64,000 bases of DNA from Octopus vulgaris (Eukaryota): NCBI GenBank assembly GCA_951406725.2, contig OX597814.1:142662001-142726000 (forward strand), written 5' to 3'. Made by a program: the position numbers and the translations under genes. Positions 1-11,945 of this stretch are shown one piece after another. The notes beneath the pieces were generated by a model. It did no database searches. It was not told where the DNA came from and saw only the letters and a program-made list of their open reading frames with translations. The first letter of the stretch is position 1, and each line of letters begins with the position of its first letter.

Positions 1-368
1 CCAGGAAAACAGCCCTTATGAGTCACCATGACTCAAGAAGAAGGTAACCTTTACCTTTACCAGACTGTGAATAAATTTTCCCTGTCCTTCATCGGCCACA
101 GTGACCCTATGTAAAAGATTATGGGCATTTCTCTACCTCTCCAAACAACTGTATTTGATGGTGTAAAAGATGCACAGGCCTATTAGACACACTCCAATTT
201 CAGCAGTGCATATTTAGGAAAGAAAAAGTCTTTAGTGTACTAAAGCTTATAGGAAGCTTAACTTTACATATAGGACCAGGGTTGATATTTTTGAGACATT
301 TTTTTATTTTTGTAAAAAAAACAAATATGATAATCTATAAAAGAAAAATATTTAAAAAATACTCTTAC

Positions 369-490
369 ATTACTATTATTCTCTCGAAGAGTTAATTCCT
401 TGAATTCTGGAACTGGTAGACTTGATTCCCCAACCTCATACTGCCAAACATCAAAATCCCCTAGTGTACGTTTATGGCGCCATTTACGAA
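369..490 (-). CDS. DPCD: DPCD coding exon 3 (remaining exons lie left of the window)
   Basis: TTTTCAG acceptor and GTAAGA donor; 122 nt, phase 1 to 0. Translates VRKWRHKRTLGDFDVWQYEVGESSLPVPEFKELTLRENNSN (cf. [21 protein letters not shown]...IKESNAN). Confidence 0.9.
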
Positions 491-1856
491 CTGAAAAATA
501 TAATTTAAAGGAGAAAATTTGTAAATCAAAAATAGTAAAATGGAAATTATTAGCTACAGTAAGATACTTTCACAGGGTAGAATTCCCTGAAAACAGTTAT
601 TTTTGTATATAAATCTAAGCACTTTCTCTGTTCTCTTGATTCCTAATCTTTAAACATTTTACAAAGAAAAGAAAAAGAAACATGAACTTCCTCCAGGTTG
701 TAATTATTTCCATCTTTAATGAAATGCTTAATTAATAAGGCTAGATTATATCATGCTGACAATTTCTAAAAAGAATGAAACATTACTATACATAATTACC
801 AAGAACTAGAAATTTTCAAGAACTTTGTAATAAGTAAGCAAAAACGAATTAAACATGTGAATGCTATGCATATTTTTCCTTGTAATTCCCTAATCCCAAT
901 CCCAAATTTCTAATCCTGCTTCATATTATGATGAAATGATTATATCCCTTGTAATAGCTGTGACTGCAAGGGGAATAACATGAATATATTTTTGAGACAT
1001 TTGCAAATTCAACTTTGATGCACTGTTGTGAATTATCATCATCATCATCATCATTTAACATCCATTTTCCATGCTGGTATGGGCTGAACGATTTGGCTGA
1101 GGTCTGGAAAGTCAGGCTCCAATCTGATCTGGCAATGTTTGTACAGCTGGATGCCCTTCCTAACGCCAACCACTGCGAGAATGTAGTGGGTGCTTTTTAC
1201 ATATCACTGGCACAGGAGTCAGTCAGGCGGCCCTGGCATCGATCATGTTCAGATAGTACTTTTTACCTGCATCCGGCACAGGAGCCAGTCAGGTGGACTT
1301 GGCATCGACTATATTTGGATGGTGCTTTTTACATGCCACCGGCACTGGAGCCAGTCAGGGGCACTGGCATCAACCACATTCTGATGGTGCATTTTGCATG
1401 CTACTCTAGCCCCAGGCCAGCTAAAGCATTTTGAGTAGATTTGATAGATGGAAACTGAAAAAAGCCTGTTGTACTGCTGTACATGTGTGTGTCCTTGTGT
1501 TGATATCATGCGATAATTGTACACAAACATCACCTTCATACAAGCAATACTCTTTGTTTCCAATCTTCCACGAAAAACATATTTAACCATAGGGAAGTAT
1601 TAGCTCGCTTGGAGAAAGGTATGGTTTAGCAACAGGAAAGGCATCCAGTCATTGAACATTTAAAATTTTGTGCAGTCTATATAAGCATGGAAGACTAGGA
1701 GTTAGATGATGATGGTAATCTGCAGTGAATTGTATGTGTATGTGGTGTATGGAGAAAATGAGGGAAAACAAAAGCAGAAAAGACGGTGGTGGGTAGTTTC
1801 TAAATAATTTAGTAGGTTCCAGTACAAAGCACCAAAAGTGGCAGAAATATATTTAC

Positions 1857-1937
1857 CAAGTAACAATTTACTGCTTTGTTCATATTCTTCAGCCATTTGA
1901 GAACCATCTTGGAAAGAGTAGTGGACTTTAATTCGTC
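1857..1937 (-). CDS. DPCD: DPCD coding exon 2
   Basis: TTTAG acceptor and GTAAAT donor; 81 nt, phase 1 to 1. Translates GRIKVHYSFQDGSQMAEEYEQSSKLLL (cf. [27 protein letters not shown]). Confidence 0.93.
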
Positions 1938-3636
1938 CTAAATAAACAAAGTTAGGCATGACAGTTAAAAGTTCTCAAAATAATTACGTACATTCAATAA
2001 CGAAACTGACAAAACTTTATGCAAATATAAGAAATTATATAATTTTTCACAAGCAAACAAGGGGATGGAAGAAACAAATGAATTTATAATTTACAGAAGC
2101 CAAATTCTACAAGGTCGCCTATTCTTATGACACCATATAAAAATCCAAGTTGATTCTAGAAGCAATTATTCTTGCCAGTCAGGACACATGTTAAGCCAGC
2201 AATGTATGTGTTTTGTGTTAAAATCTATGTACAGGAATGTTCTCCTGAAGAGAAGAATGGATTCACATTTGGTTCTTAACTTCAAAATTGCAATAGAGGA
2301 CTAACCTTTTATTTTTATTTAGGTTTTAAATTTTATTTGTCATGTTGCTTGCCAACAGTATTTACAGTTGAGGAGAAATAATATAAGTGATTATAGTGGC
2401 TTTATGGCGGTTTTGACTGCTATTTCTAGGCATGTAAGAGTTAGTGAGAATGGAGTCTGGCTGACCAGCTGAACAAAATGCCATCTCTAAAGAAAAGGGC
2501 ACAAAAGGACAACTATGGTAACTCACCAATGAAGCAGTTGTTTCATCCCCCACTCTCTCATTGGCTCACTTTATTTTCTCTTACAACATCACCCTATTTC
2601 TATTTGTAATTGCTACTACACAATGATAACACAAACACAAACTATACAAGGAAAATCTACAACATCTATCATTACTTCGCATGCTTTTCCATTTACTAAT
2701 TATACATACCAACCCGTCGTGGTTTTGGATTTTTTTACAATGTAACGGTAAATAGATATTTTCTTTACAACTTCAAAACGCTATATTGAACTTTTAATTT
2801 AAATTTGGCTATCTAGGATCAAATTCACGCTATTCCTGCATGATTCACAACATATATATATATGCAGATAGACAGAAAGATGCAGATGCACACAGGCACA
2901 CACAAACACATGTATGTGTGTGTTTAGCATAAAACCAGATAGATGCTTACTTAAAAGTGTTACAAGAACATGTTCATACGGTCAGTCAGTCGCCCTGCTA
3001 GAAACGGCAGCCAAATTCCTCTTATATTACATCCTTTCATAGGTTTGTCATGAGCCCTAGGACACACAAAGATGGAGCTTAACATGATTTCCATATGTAT
3101 AAGTGACTGAGATGACAACACTTCTTCCAAACGGCGATCCGACTATTTCTAGAACTCATTTGGAGCTGAGCGGGCTGGAGCAACGTGAAATGGAAGACAA
3201 GAATACAAAGCCCTGCTCGGTCCCAGTAACAAAACTACGATCTTACAACCGTGAGTACAAAACCTTAAACACAATCCCACGCATCCGTCCGTAAGGTAAG
3301 AAAAAAAGAGATGCAGTGGCTTCAAGTCGAATGATTTCAATGACAGGTCTACTTGAATAGAGCTGATCTGGGAACAAACAAAAAAGCAACAATGAAAGGA
3401 CATTTTTGTTGTCATTCGACTGGCTAAAAATAAAAGCTAAATAGCTTTCATATTACACCCTACAGTTAAAAAAAAAAAAAAGAGGGTATACATTGGCTAA
3501 ACTAATCCTAGATACAGCATGATTGGTGAGAAAGGTCGAGTGTTTACAAATGATACAACGAAACGAGTTTAAACATCGAGACGAATTGTAATCACTTTGA
3601 CCGAGCCTTTACGTAATTAATTTGTAATTCAATAAA

Positions 3637-4032
3637 GGGATCTTTTCGGTTTGAACGGCAGTTTTTTCTAGCGGTGTCATATGAAATTGTCACCCATAAT
3701 TATGACCCTGGTATCGATCTATTGCATTTCAACCTGTTTTAGGGTTAGGGGGAATGGTATCTATTTTCTTCAAAAATGTAAATAAACCCAATCTGTTTCT
3801 TAAACGAGGGACATATTCATACGGCACAGAATGTTTTTACCTCAATAGACGTTATTGATTGGTAGAAATTGAAGAAAAACAACAACAAATATCTTACAAA
3901 CTGTAGAATTTTCTCAATAAAGCTAAGAGAAAAAGATGTTTTATAAACACATTCTACCAGTGTACGAAGTTTAAAAGTGTTTAGTTACCTAGAAATTATG
4001 TTAAAAACTGCCGTTCAAACCGAAAAGATCCC
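3637..4032. mobile_element. MITE / non-autonomous DNA transposon in DPCD intron 1
   Basis: ~30-bp perfect TIRs GGGATCTTTTCGGTTTGAACGGCAGTTTTT / AAAAACTGCCGTTCAAACCGAAAAGATCCC, flanked by a direct repeat AATAAA (3631-3636 and 4033-4038). Confidence 0.9.
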
Positions 4033-4257
4033 AATAAAGCCTATAATCGTTTTTAAAAAAATCGTATAGCTGCAAATTAAAGAACATTTAAACTTCGTTG
4101 CTTTTCTACAGTGTTCAATATCATAACACATCTTCGTGTTTATATCTGTGTGTTAGGAACGAAAAATTTTATTCACATGGCTTTTTACTTTAAATCATAA
4201 AACTAAAAAGCATTATAAGCAATTAATTTCAAGAATCTAATGCTTCAACGAACATAC

Positions 4258-4318
4258 CATCTTGTGTTATACAAGTTTTCTGAGCGGATTTCAATTTTTC
4301 GATCCAGTCTGATGCCAT
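4258..4318 (-). CDS. DPCD: DPCD (deleted in primary ciliary dyskinesia homolog), coding exon 1
   Basis: ATG at 4318, translating MASDWIEKLKSAQKTCITQD(G). This resembles the remembered vertebrate N-terminus [22 protein letters not shown]. Donor G|GTATGT, phase 1. Confidence 0.9.
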
Positions 4319-5419
4319 CCCGTCGCTATGCAGCAATTCTAAACACACCTTGGTTATTAAAGAGTGACTAAGGGGGAGATTATTTCATGCAAGTTTAACC
4401 GAACTTAGTTCTCTGTATGCGATTGAGCGATGTTCTGCTGAGAATAACGTTATCGTTTCAGTGTTAACCTTAACTATGGAACGAAATAGAGAACATAAAC
4501 TAAATCTTCAACACGAAGAAATAATACTATGAAAATCTATATATTTTTCCATTAAACAGAAATAAAGTAACAGTTTAACCTGGAATTTCCACGGGTCCCG
4601 TGAACGAGTTGCCAGATTTTTTTTAAAGATTTTATGAGGTGGGATGGGGTACAAAAGGAAGTCTTTCTAGTAGCTCTTGCTGTTTCTGCGAGTGACATAG
4701 CATCTCTAAGATCTATTTCCCCAAAAACTTTGGGCCTTGTGCCTAAAGTAGAAATGAATATTTATTTCACCTAAGGCGGCGAGCTGGTAGAAACGTTAGC
4801 ACGCCGGGCGAAATGCTTAGCGGCACTTCGTCCGTCATGAATTTCGGAGTTCAAATTCCGCTGGTAAGGAGTTATGGGTACGATATACTTACACAAACGT
4901 ACTCCACCACTGATTTTGTTTCCTTATAACTTTCTAAAGCAGGGAATTTTTTAATAAAAATTTGTAAAAATATTTTTCTGATGGGGAAAAATTACAAAGG
5001 AATTTAGGGCGAAGGTAAAGAATACGCACACCCGGTGTTTAGGGTTCGTTTTAAGGGTGGTGTGCGTATTCTTTACTATTGGTGGCACACACGTATACTT
5101 ACTGACACACATTACGTATATACATCTACAAAATGAAACTTGACAGTTTAAAAAAAAATATATGTGCACCCACCGAGTTTGTTTTTCACATTAAATTCCG
5201 ATAAAACGATAATCTAAACCATCTTAAAAGCATTTGTGGAAAAGTTCATTTAAAAATATCCATTTTTCTGTAAGTTATGGGGAAACAAAGTCGGTTGGGC
5301 ACGTTTGTGTAGGTATGCCCATAGGCATTACCTTCTCTTCTGACTAAAAGATAGAAAAAAAATCTTCCAGGAAGCAGATGCGAGTTATTTACCCTAGATC
5401 TAACTAATTGTTGATAAAT
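4319..5419. promoter_or_regulatory. Divergent (bidirectional) promoter region between DPCD and EMG1
   Basis: The two start codons point away from each other 1.1 kb apart. The region is CpG-richer than the flanks and has a palindromic CTTCCAGGAAG (ETS/STAT-like) at 5364-5374. TSS positions cannot be determined from sequence. Confidence 0.6.
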
Positions 5420-5551
5420 ATGTCGGACAGCAGCGACCACGAGGAGGATGAGAGAAGTAAAACCATCATTAAATTGGCTCATTCTAAGCGAAATGTGAAT
5501 AAAAGACGTCTCATAGTTGTATTAGAAAATTCATCACTGGAAATAGTAAAG
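5420..5551 (+). CDS. EMG1: EMG1/NEP1 18S rRNA pseudouridine N1-methyltransferase (SPOUT family), exon 1 of 6
   Basis: MSDSSDHEEDERSK...KRRLIVVLENSSLEIVK, followed by donor AAG|GTAAGT. RRLIVVLE..SLE.VK is the NEP1 N-terminal motif. The six exons splice to an open 232-aa protein. Confidence 0.95.
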
Positions 5552-6476
5552 GTAAGTAGAAACTATCCGAATTCCATCATAAATTTACTTATTTTCTTCG
5601 TGTTTTCATTTACATTCCACCACGTTGTATTGTCGTTGCTGTATTATTTTTAATATGTAGTCTTAATTTAGATAAAATTTACTATTAATCTAAAATATTA
5701 ATATAATAATTGATTGTAATTTTTGTTGAAGTTTAAGGCGATAATTTGTTTAGTGACTACTCGATTGAGTGTTGCTTGAGATATAGGTTGTTTTCTCTCT
5801 GCCTTTCCTTTTCTATTGCTGCTATAGTACCTTTCTAACTAGTATCTTTCCAATCATCGCCCACTTAGTGTCCATTCCTCTAAACCCAATACTACCAACA
5901 TTCCCACTGAGTATCACCGCCTCTGGAAATCCCTTCCTGTCCATGTTTTCGATGTAGTCTGTTGGCAGCTATTCAAGAACAGTATTGACCTCACCAACTT
6001 CAGTTGACTGGAAGGACTTGAAGACAGCCCTTTTCTTCATATCTAAGCATTGAAAAATCATTATCATAATCATTGTCATTTAACGCCCGCTTTCCAAGCT
6101 AACATGGGTTGGACGGTTTGATTGACGGTTTGATCTGGCAAGCCAGAAGGCTGTACCAGGCTCCAATCTGATCTGGCAAAGCTTCTACAGCTGGATTCCC
6201 TTCTTAACACCAACCATTCAGAGAGTGTAGTGGGTGCTTTTTTATGTGCACCAACACAAGGGCCAGTCAGGCAGTACTGGTATCAACCACGCTTGAATGG
6301 TGCCTTTTACATCCCACCAAAAAAAAAAAAAAGAAATTCACACCATATCTCAGTGAATATAATGATAATAGAATTTCAAAAGTAATTTAAGGAATATAAA
6401 TTGTTGTATTTGCGAAGTTAATCCATATTTTAATGTTAACTTTTCCTTATGTATTCTCATTTCTCTTTTTGACTAG

Positions 6477-6578
6477 ATTGGGAAACAATATGAACTTTTA
6501 AATTGTGATAAACATCGACATTTAGGGAAAAAATTCAAAAAAGATATGTCATCATGCAGACCAGACATCACTCACCAA
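6477..6578 (+). CDS. EMG1: EMG1 exon 2
   Basis: TAG acceptor and GTAAGT donor. Translates IGKQYELLNCDKHRHLGKKFKKDMSSCRPDITHQ, including the conserved RPDITHQ motif. Confidence 0.96.
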
Positions 6579-6869
6579 GTAAGTGCTTCATTAAAAATTT
6601 GTTTTACAAACACACGTAAGATATAAATGAGCAGTTCTATACTGATTGGGACTCAGTGTCTCTTTCTCTTACACCTGAATAATATATTTTATCAGTTTTG
6701 GTCATTAGGCTGTGACCATGCTGGAGCACTGCCTTTGGGAATTTTAAGTCAAATGAACTGACCCTAATATTTGTTTTTTCTCTTTAAGCCTCATACTTAT
6801 TTTGTTAGTCTCTTTTGCTAAACCACTAAGTTACAGGGATGTAAAGACGCCAACACCAGTTGTCAAGCA

Positions 6870-7184
6870 TTTAGTCGAGCAAATTGAACCCAGGACTTAT
6901 TCTTTGGAGGCCTAGTACTTATTCTATCGGTCTCTTTTGCTGAACCGCTAAGTTACAGGAACATAAACACAGCAACATCGGTTGTCAAGCGATGTTGGGG
7001 GGACAAACATACACACACATTCATATATATGACCGGCTTCTTTCAGTTTCCATCTACCAAATCCACTCACAAGGCTTTGGTCGGCCCGAGGCTATAGTAG
7101 ACACTTGCCCAAGGTGCCACGCGGTGGGACTGAGCCCAGAACCATGTGGTTGGTAAGCAAGCTACTTACCACACAACCACTCCT
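6870..7184 (-). mobile_element. tRNA-derived SINE family B; representative copy
   Basis: The minus strand begins AGGAGTGGTTGTGTGGTAAG (A-box-like) and GGGCTCAGTCCC (B-box-like). Other copies at about 10170-10408, 17812-17945, 23000-23392, 37650-37810 and 58195-58320. Confidence 0.75.
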
Positions 7185-7349
7185 AATTGTAAATTTTAGA
7201 AAAGTCAAGCGATTTTTCTTGTACTCTTAAAAAGAAAGCAGCTATTGTTTTGATTTTTGCTTTTAATTTTTGGTGGCCATGTGTAAATTATTTTAATTTG
7301 TGCTATAACAATTCATTGTTATTTTACATCTTTGTTTTTTTCTTTTCAG

Positions 7350-7491
7350 TGCTTGCTGATGTTGATGGATAGTCCACTTAATCGTGCTAATCTTCTTCAA
7401 GTTTATGTCCATACGGAAAAGAATGTTCTGATTGAAATAAATCCACAGACTAGAATTCCTCGCACTTTTGAGAGATTTAGTGGGCTGATGG
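7350..7491 (+). CDS. EMG1: EMG1 exon 3
   Basis: TTTTCAG acceptor and GTAAAT donor, phase 0 to 1. Translates [47 protein letters not shown]. Confidence 0.97.
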
Positions 7492-8257
7492 GTAAATAAA
7501 ATATACATTTTTTTTATATACAACAGCTATGCTAGAACATTACTTTTCAAGGATTTTGTTGGGTAGTAACAGCAGATTCATAATATATACCATCATCATC
7601 ATTATTTGACGTTCTTTTTTTCATGGCATGGATTGGCTGGTTTGACAGGAGCCAGCCAGGCAGAAGCCTACACCAGACTTCTATGTCTGTTTTGACAAGG
7701 TTTTTATGACATGGTATTCCCAGCACCAACCACCCAGCAGAGTGGTTATATCATCATCATCATCATCTTTTAACGTCCGTTTTCCATGCTAGCATGAGTT
7801 GGAAGGTTCAACCGGGGTCTGGGAAGCCAGGAGGCTACGCCAGGCTCCAGTCTGATCTGGCAGTGTTTCTACAGCTCGATGCCTTTCCTAATGCCAACCA
7901 CTCCGTGAGTGTAGTGGGTGCTTTTTACATGCCGCCAGCACAGTGGCCAGAGGAGGCTGGCAAACGGTCACGATCGGTTGGTGCTTTTTATGTGTCACCA
8001 ACACAGACGCCAGTCAGGTGGCGCTAGCATCAGCCACATTTGGATGGTGCTTTTTACATGCCACCAGCACGGGTATCTTTTCTACAATTTCCATTTGATT
8101 TTTATTTTGATGTTGGTGTTGACTCAATAGGTCTCCTCAAGAACAGCAGGTCACTCTACGATCCAAGGTTAGCACAGCAGGCCGTCCTGCGAGCCATGAA
8201 CTCACTTCATTTGTTGGGTCTTCGCTGTCACATCATATCTCAGAGGTCTCGGTCTTT

Positions 8258-8292
<35 letters not shown>

Positions 8293-8388
8293 GGATCGCT
8301 ATCAGTTGCTATGATAAGGATGCAATTGTTTGATCAACTGAATTAACATGTAGCTTGCTACGCATTTTACAGACACACATATCCTTAA

Positions 8389-8583
8389 CCCTTTAGCATT
8401 CATGTTACCCTGTCAGATATTGTGCTTATTTATTTACATTGTTTTCAATTAATTGTACATCATATCAAAGCTTTGAAATATCAAAAGACACACCAAGCTA
8501 AGTAAAAGTGTGGTTGCCCGTCCTTTGCAACCTTCTCCAGTTGAGCATCCCTAATTTTGTTGGCCAGTTTAAATGCTAAAGAG
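8389..8583. mobile_element. piggyBac-like MITE (TTAA-flanked) in EMG1 intron 3
   Basis: TTAA|CCCTTTAGCATT ... AATGCTAAAGAG|TTAA. A related copy at ~38715-39176 is split by a SINE. Confidence 0.65.
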
Positions 8584-9304
8584 TTAATATAATTCCCAAG
8601 GATAATCATCATGACTCTGTATGTGATAAGGTTTGTTGTACCATTGAATTATAGGTACAATTCATCTGACAGACTTTTATATAGTTTCTATTTCCTCACA
8701 CAATTTATGTGTTCACCCAAGGCCATAAAAAAATTATACTTAGTCAAGACGCCATGCAGTTTGATTGATTTCAGGAACTTGTAGTTGTGAAGTGAACTTA
8801 ATCATTTGACCATACTGCACCTGGGTGTGTATATGTATTAGGTAAATCTCGATACCACATCTCCATCCTTTCTGTCATTCCTGTTGGGGTTGCCAAGTAT
8901 TTCCCTTACAGCGAGAGACTTATCACAAAGCTATCTCCCTCAAACCACACACCTCACTCTGTCTTGTATTACAAGTTAACAGAAACATCCAACCATAGAA
9001 ACCCTGCCAAAGCTGATGTTGGAGACCAATACAGCCTTCTTGCGTATTGGGTCCTATTGAACTGTCCAACCTATGCCAGCATGGAATACAAATGTTAATG
9101 GCAATGACAAACATACACACATCAAATAGGCTTCCATACATTTTCTCCACCAAACTTTACTTGTAATGCTTTGGTACAGCCTAACACTATAGTAGTAGAT
9201 ATTTACCACAATAGTTAGATCCTGTGAGAACCATTTGATTATGAAACAAACGCTTTATCTTTGCAGTTATGCCTAACTGATAAGTTGTATTCTTTACATT
9301 GCAG

Positions 9305-9363
9305 TTCAGCTTCTTCACAGACTTAGTGTGCATGCATCAGATGGACCACAGAAATTATTGAAG
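9305..9363 (+). CDS. EMG1: EMG1 exon 4
   Basis: TTGCAG acceptor and GTTGGT donor; 59 nt, restoring phase 0. Translates VQLLHRLSVHASDGPQKLLK. Confidence 0.95.
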
Positions 9364-10534
9364 GTTGGTCATTAATTTTGTTACTTTGTTGTTGAATGAA
9401 AATGGCCAATTACAGAATTTTTTTTTCTTTGTCTTATAAGTACATGGTAACCATGTCAGTGCAGGTGACACTTAAAAGCACCCAGTCCACACTGTAAAGT
9501 GGTTGGTGTTCGGAAGGGCATCCAGCTGTAAAAACCTTGCCAAAAACCTTGCCACAAAAAAAGCACAGTCCACTCTGCTGAGTGGTTGATGCTAGGAAGG
9601 GCATCCAGCTGTAAAAATACAAAACAGTCACAGAAGTCTGGTGCAGGCTTCAACATAGCCAACTCTTGTGAAACTGAGCCGTCTAGCATGGAAGGCAGCC
9701 GTTCAGTGATGATGATGAGGCATTGGCCAGAATTAGTTTCATTAAGCATTTTTTGAGAGGTTGTCATTTTGGAATTACTGCCCTCCTAGATAGATTGAAG
9801 GACCACATCTCTTACAGATATTCTATTGTTAGCATTGATTTTGTAGTGGATACCTTTCTAATGACAAGCATTTTACAGTGTGTACTAAGATGGAAGAATT
9901 TTGTTGTGGCACCAGCCCTGTAAGAGTAGAGTCCTTTCGATTCTGTGTTATCTCGGTTCATTCACCATGACTATTCTGTGTACGGTGTACATTTTCTTGT
10001 GGCGCCAAAACTGAACATGGTTAAAATTCTGATCTATTTGTCTCAACTTGGACTTTTTTTCCGCTTTTTTTATTTTTACATCGTGTAGGATAGGGAATTA
10101 AAAGTAAAAAAATTTACCATGTGAGCATTTTTGATGATACATGGTGAGGTAAAACGGGCTTATGTCCCTTACCAATGTTGGAGGGACAAACACAGACACA
10201 CAAACATACACACACACACACACATGTATATATATACATATATATGACGGGCTTCTTTCAGTTTCCATCTACCAAATCCACTCACAAGGCTTTGGTCGGC
10301 CCGAGACTATAGTAGAAGACACTTGCCCAAGGTGCTACGCAGTGGGACTGAACCTGGAACCCTGTGGTTCGTAAGCAAGCTACTTACCACAAAGCCACTC
10401 CTACGCCTATAATGATAATGATCTATTCGAACATTAACTATAACTGAAATTTATGAAATATTAGGGTTGTCTTTTTTGTTTCTTTTTCCATTATCTGATT
10501 CTTAAAAAAAAAAATACTGAATTTATTTTTACAG

Positions 10535-10684
10535 GTTATAAAGAATCCCATAAATGACCATTTGCCTGTAGGATGTACAAAGCTGACCATGTCATTCAGT
10601 GCTCCATTATGCAAAGATGTGAAGACATTAGTGCCAGAAAAGGATCCCATTGTGTTTGTGATAGGAGCAATGGCTCACGGGAGT
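10535..10684 (+). CDS. EMG1: EMG1 exon 5
   Basis: TTTACAG acceptor and GTAAGT donor. Translates VIKNPINDHLPVGC...DPIVFVIGAMAHGS, including the SAM-binding GAMAHG motif. Confidence 0.96.
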
Positions 10685-11122
10685 GTAAGTTCATTTCACT
10701 GCAATTTCATTTTTTGTTAATTGCATCGTCATCATTTAATGTCCGTTTTCCGTGTCATGTGTTGGACAGCTGGACTGGAGCTGGCAAACCAGATGGCTAC
10801 ACCAGTCCCTGGTCATCTGTTTTGGCATGGTTTCTATGGCTGGATGCCCTTCCTAATGCCAACCACTTTATGGAGTGTAATTGGGTGTTCTACATGTGGC
10901 GCTGGCATGGATGCTTTTAAAGATATTAGGAAGGGCATCCAGCCATAAAAAAACCAAGCTATAACAGATAATTGGAGCCTGGTGCATCTCTCCAGCGGGC
11001 CAGCTCCTATTTAACCATCTCACTCATACCTGCATGGAGAACTGAGGTTAAATGATGATGATGTGTCTACCATGTTGTAATTGATTTTATATTACAATAT
11101 TGTCTTTTATTTATTTATTTAG

Positions 11123-11236
11123 GTTGATGTTGATTATACAGAGAAGTCCTTGTCCATTAGCAGTTATCCTTTGTCTGGTGCACTGACCTGTGCTAAAGTC
11201 TGTTCAGCATTTGAAGACGCTTGGGGGATAGTTTGA
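11123..11236 (+). CDS. EMG1: EMG1 exon 6 (terminal, TGA stop)
   Basis: TTTAG acceptor. Translates VDVDYTEKSLSISSYPLSGALTCAKVCSAFEDAWGIV*, the typical NEP1 C-terminus. Confidence 0.96.
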   Translation, partial: VDVDYTEKSLSISSYPLSGALTCAKVCSAFEDAWGIV

Positions 11237-11725
11237 AATTTTGACATAAATTTATTTCAATTTTATATTATATATTTGTTGATTTTCTTTTTTTAAATTC
11301 ATTGTCTATGTTTTAACCTTTCAGCTATTTGCTTCTTGTATTCATTTTTTGGCAGACATGATTATTATTTAACAGTACCAAGTTGAGTATATCTCCATTT
11401 TCATAAACTTTAGCAAATGAGGAGAGCTTAAACTCTTTTGGTACCAATTTGCCTGAGACTACCTTAATGTGGTCTAAATTATAATCTTCCATCAGAATTT
11501 TATGCTAATTTGTTCCAGACTCCTGCTTAATAATGAGAAAGTTATTATACCAAATTCATTATTTTAAAAATTAATTGAGACAAAAACAGCATTTGTTAAC
11601 AGAATTACGGTAACAAAAATGTGAAACCTTTTACACATTTTCTTGCCTTCTCACATCCTTGGAAAATCTAAGTTGCTCAGCTGCTGAAAGTATCACAAAA
11701 ATTTTAATTTAGAAAGAATCTTTAA

Positions 11726-11945
11726 CCCTTTCATTACCAACCCGGCTGAAACCAGCTCTGGCTCTGAGTACAAATGTCTTGTTTTCATAAGTTTTGTATT
11801 AATATCTTCCACCAAACTTTAGTCACAATTTATGTGCTTAACATTAGCTTAATTATAACTAAGTTATTTTACTAAATTCTTTGTTATATTTAAAGTAATT
11901 GAAAGAAACAGAGAGCATCTCAAAATAAATACAGTAACGAAAGGG
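11726..11945. mobile_element. piggyBac-like MITE
   Basis: TTAA|CCCTTTC ... GAAAGGG|TTAA. Near-identical copies lie at ~40095-40286 (5'-truncated) and 61729-61950. Confidence 0.85.

Noticed and set aside
1015-1434. Recurrent ORFs containing LQLDALPNANH / WMPFLTPTT (also at 7794, 22272, 52692, 54204 and elsewhere)
   Set aside because: They are translations of the non-coding family A repeat, not a gene family.
4320-4340. Possible RFX X-box (GTCGCTATGCAGCAAT) beside the DPCD start
   Set aside because: The spacing and right half-site deviate from the X-box consensus; too weak to call without conservation data.
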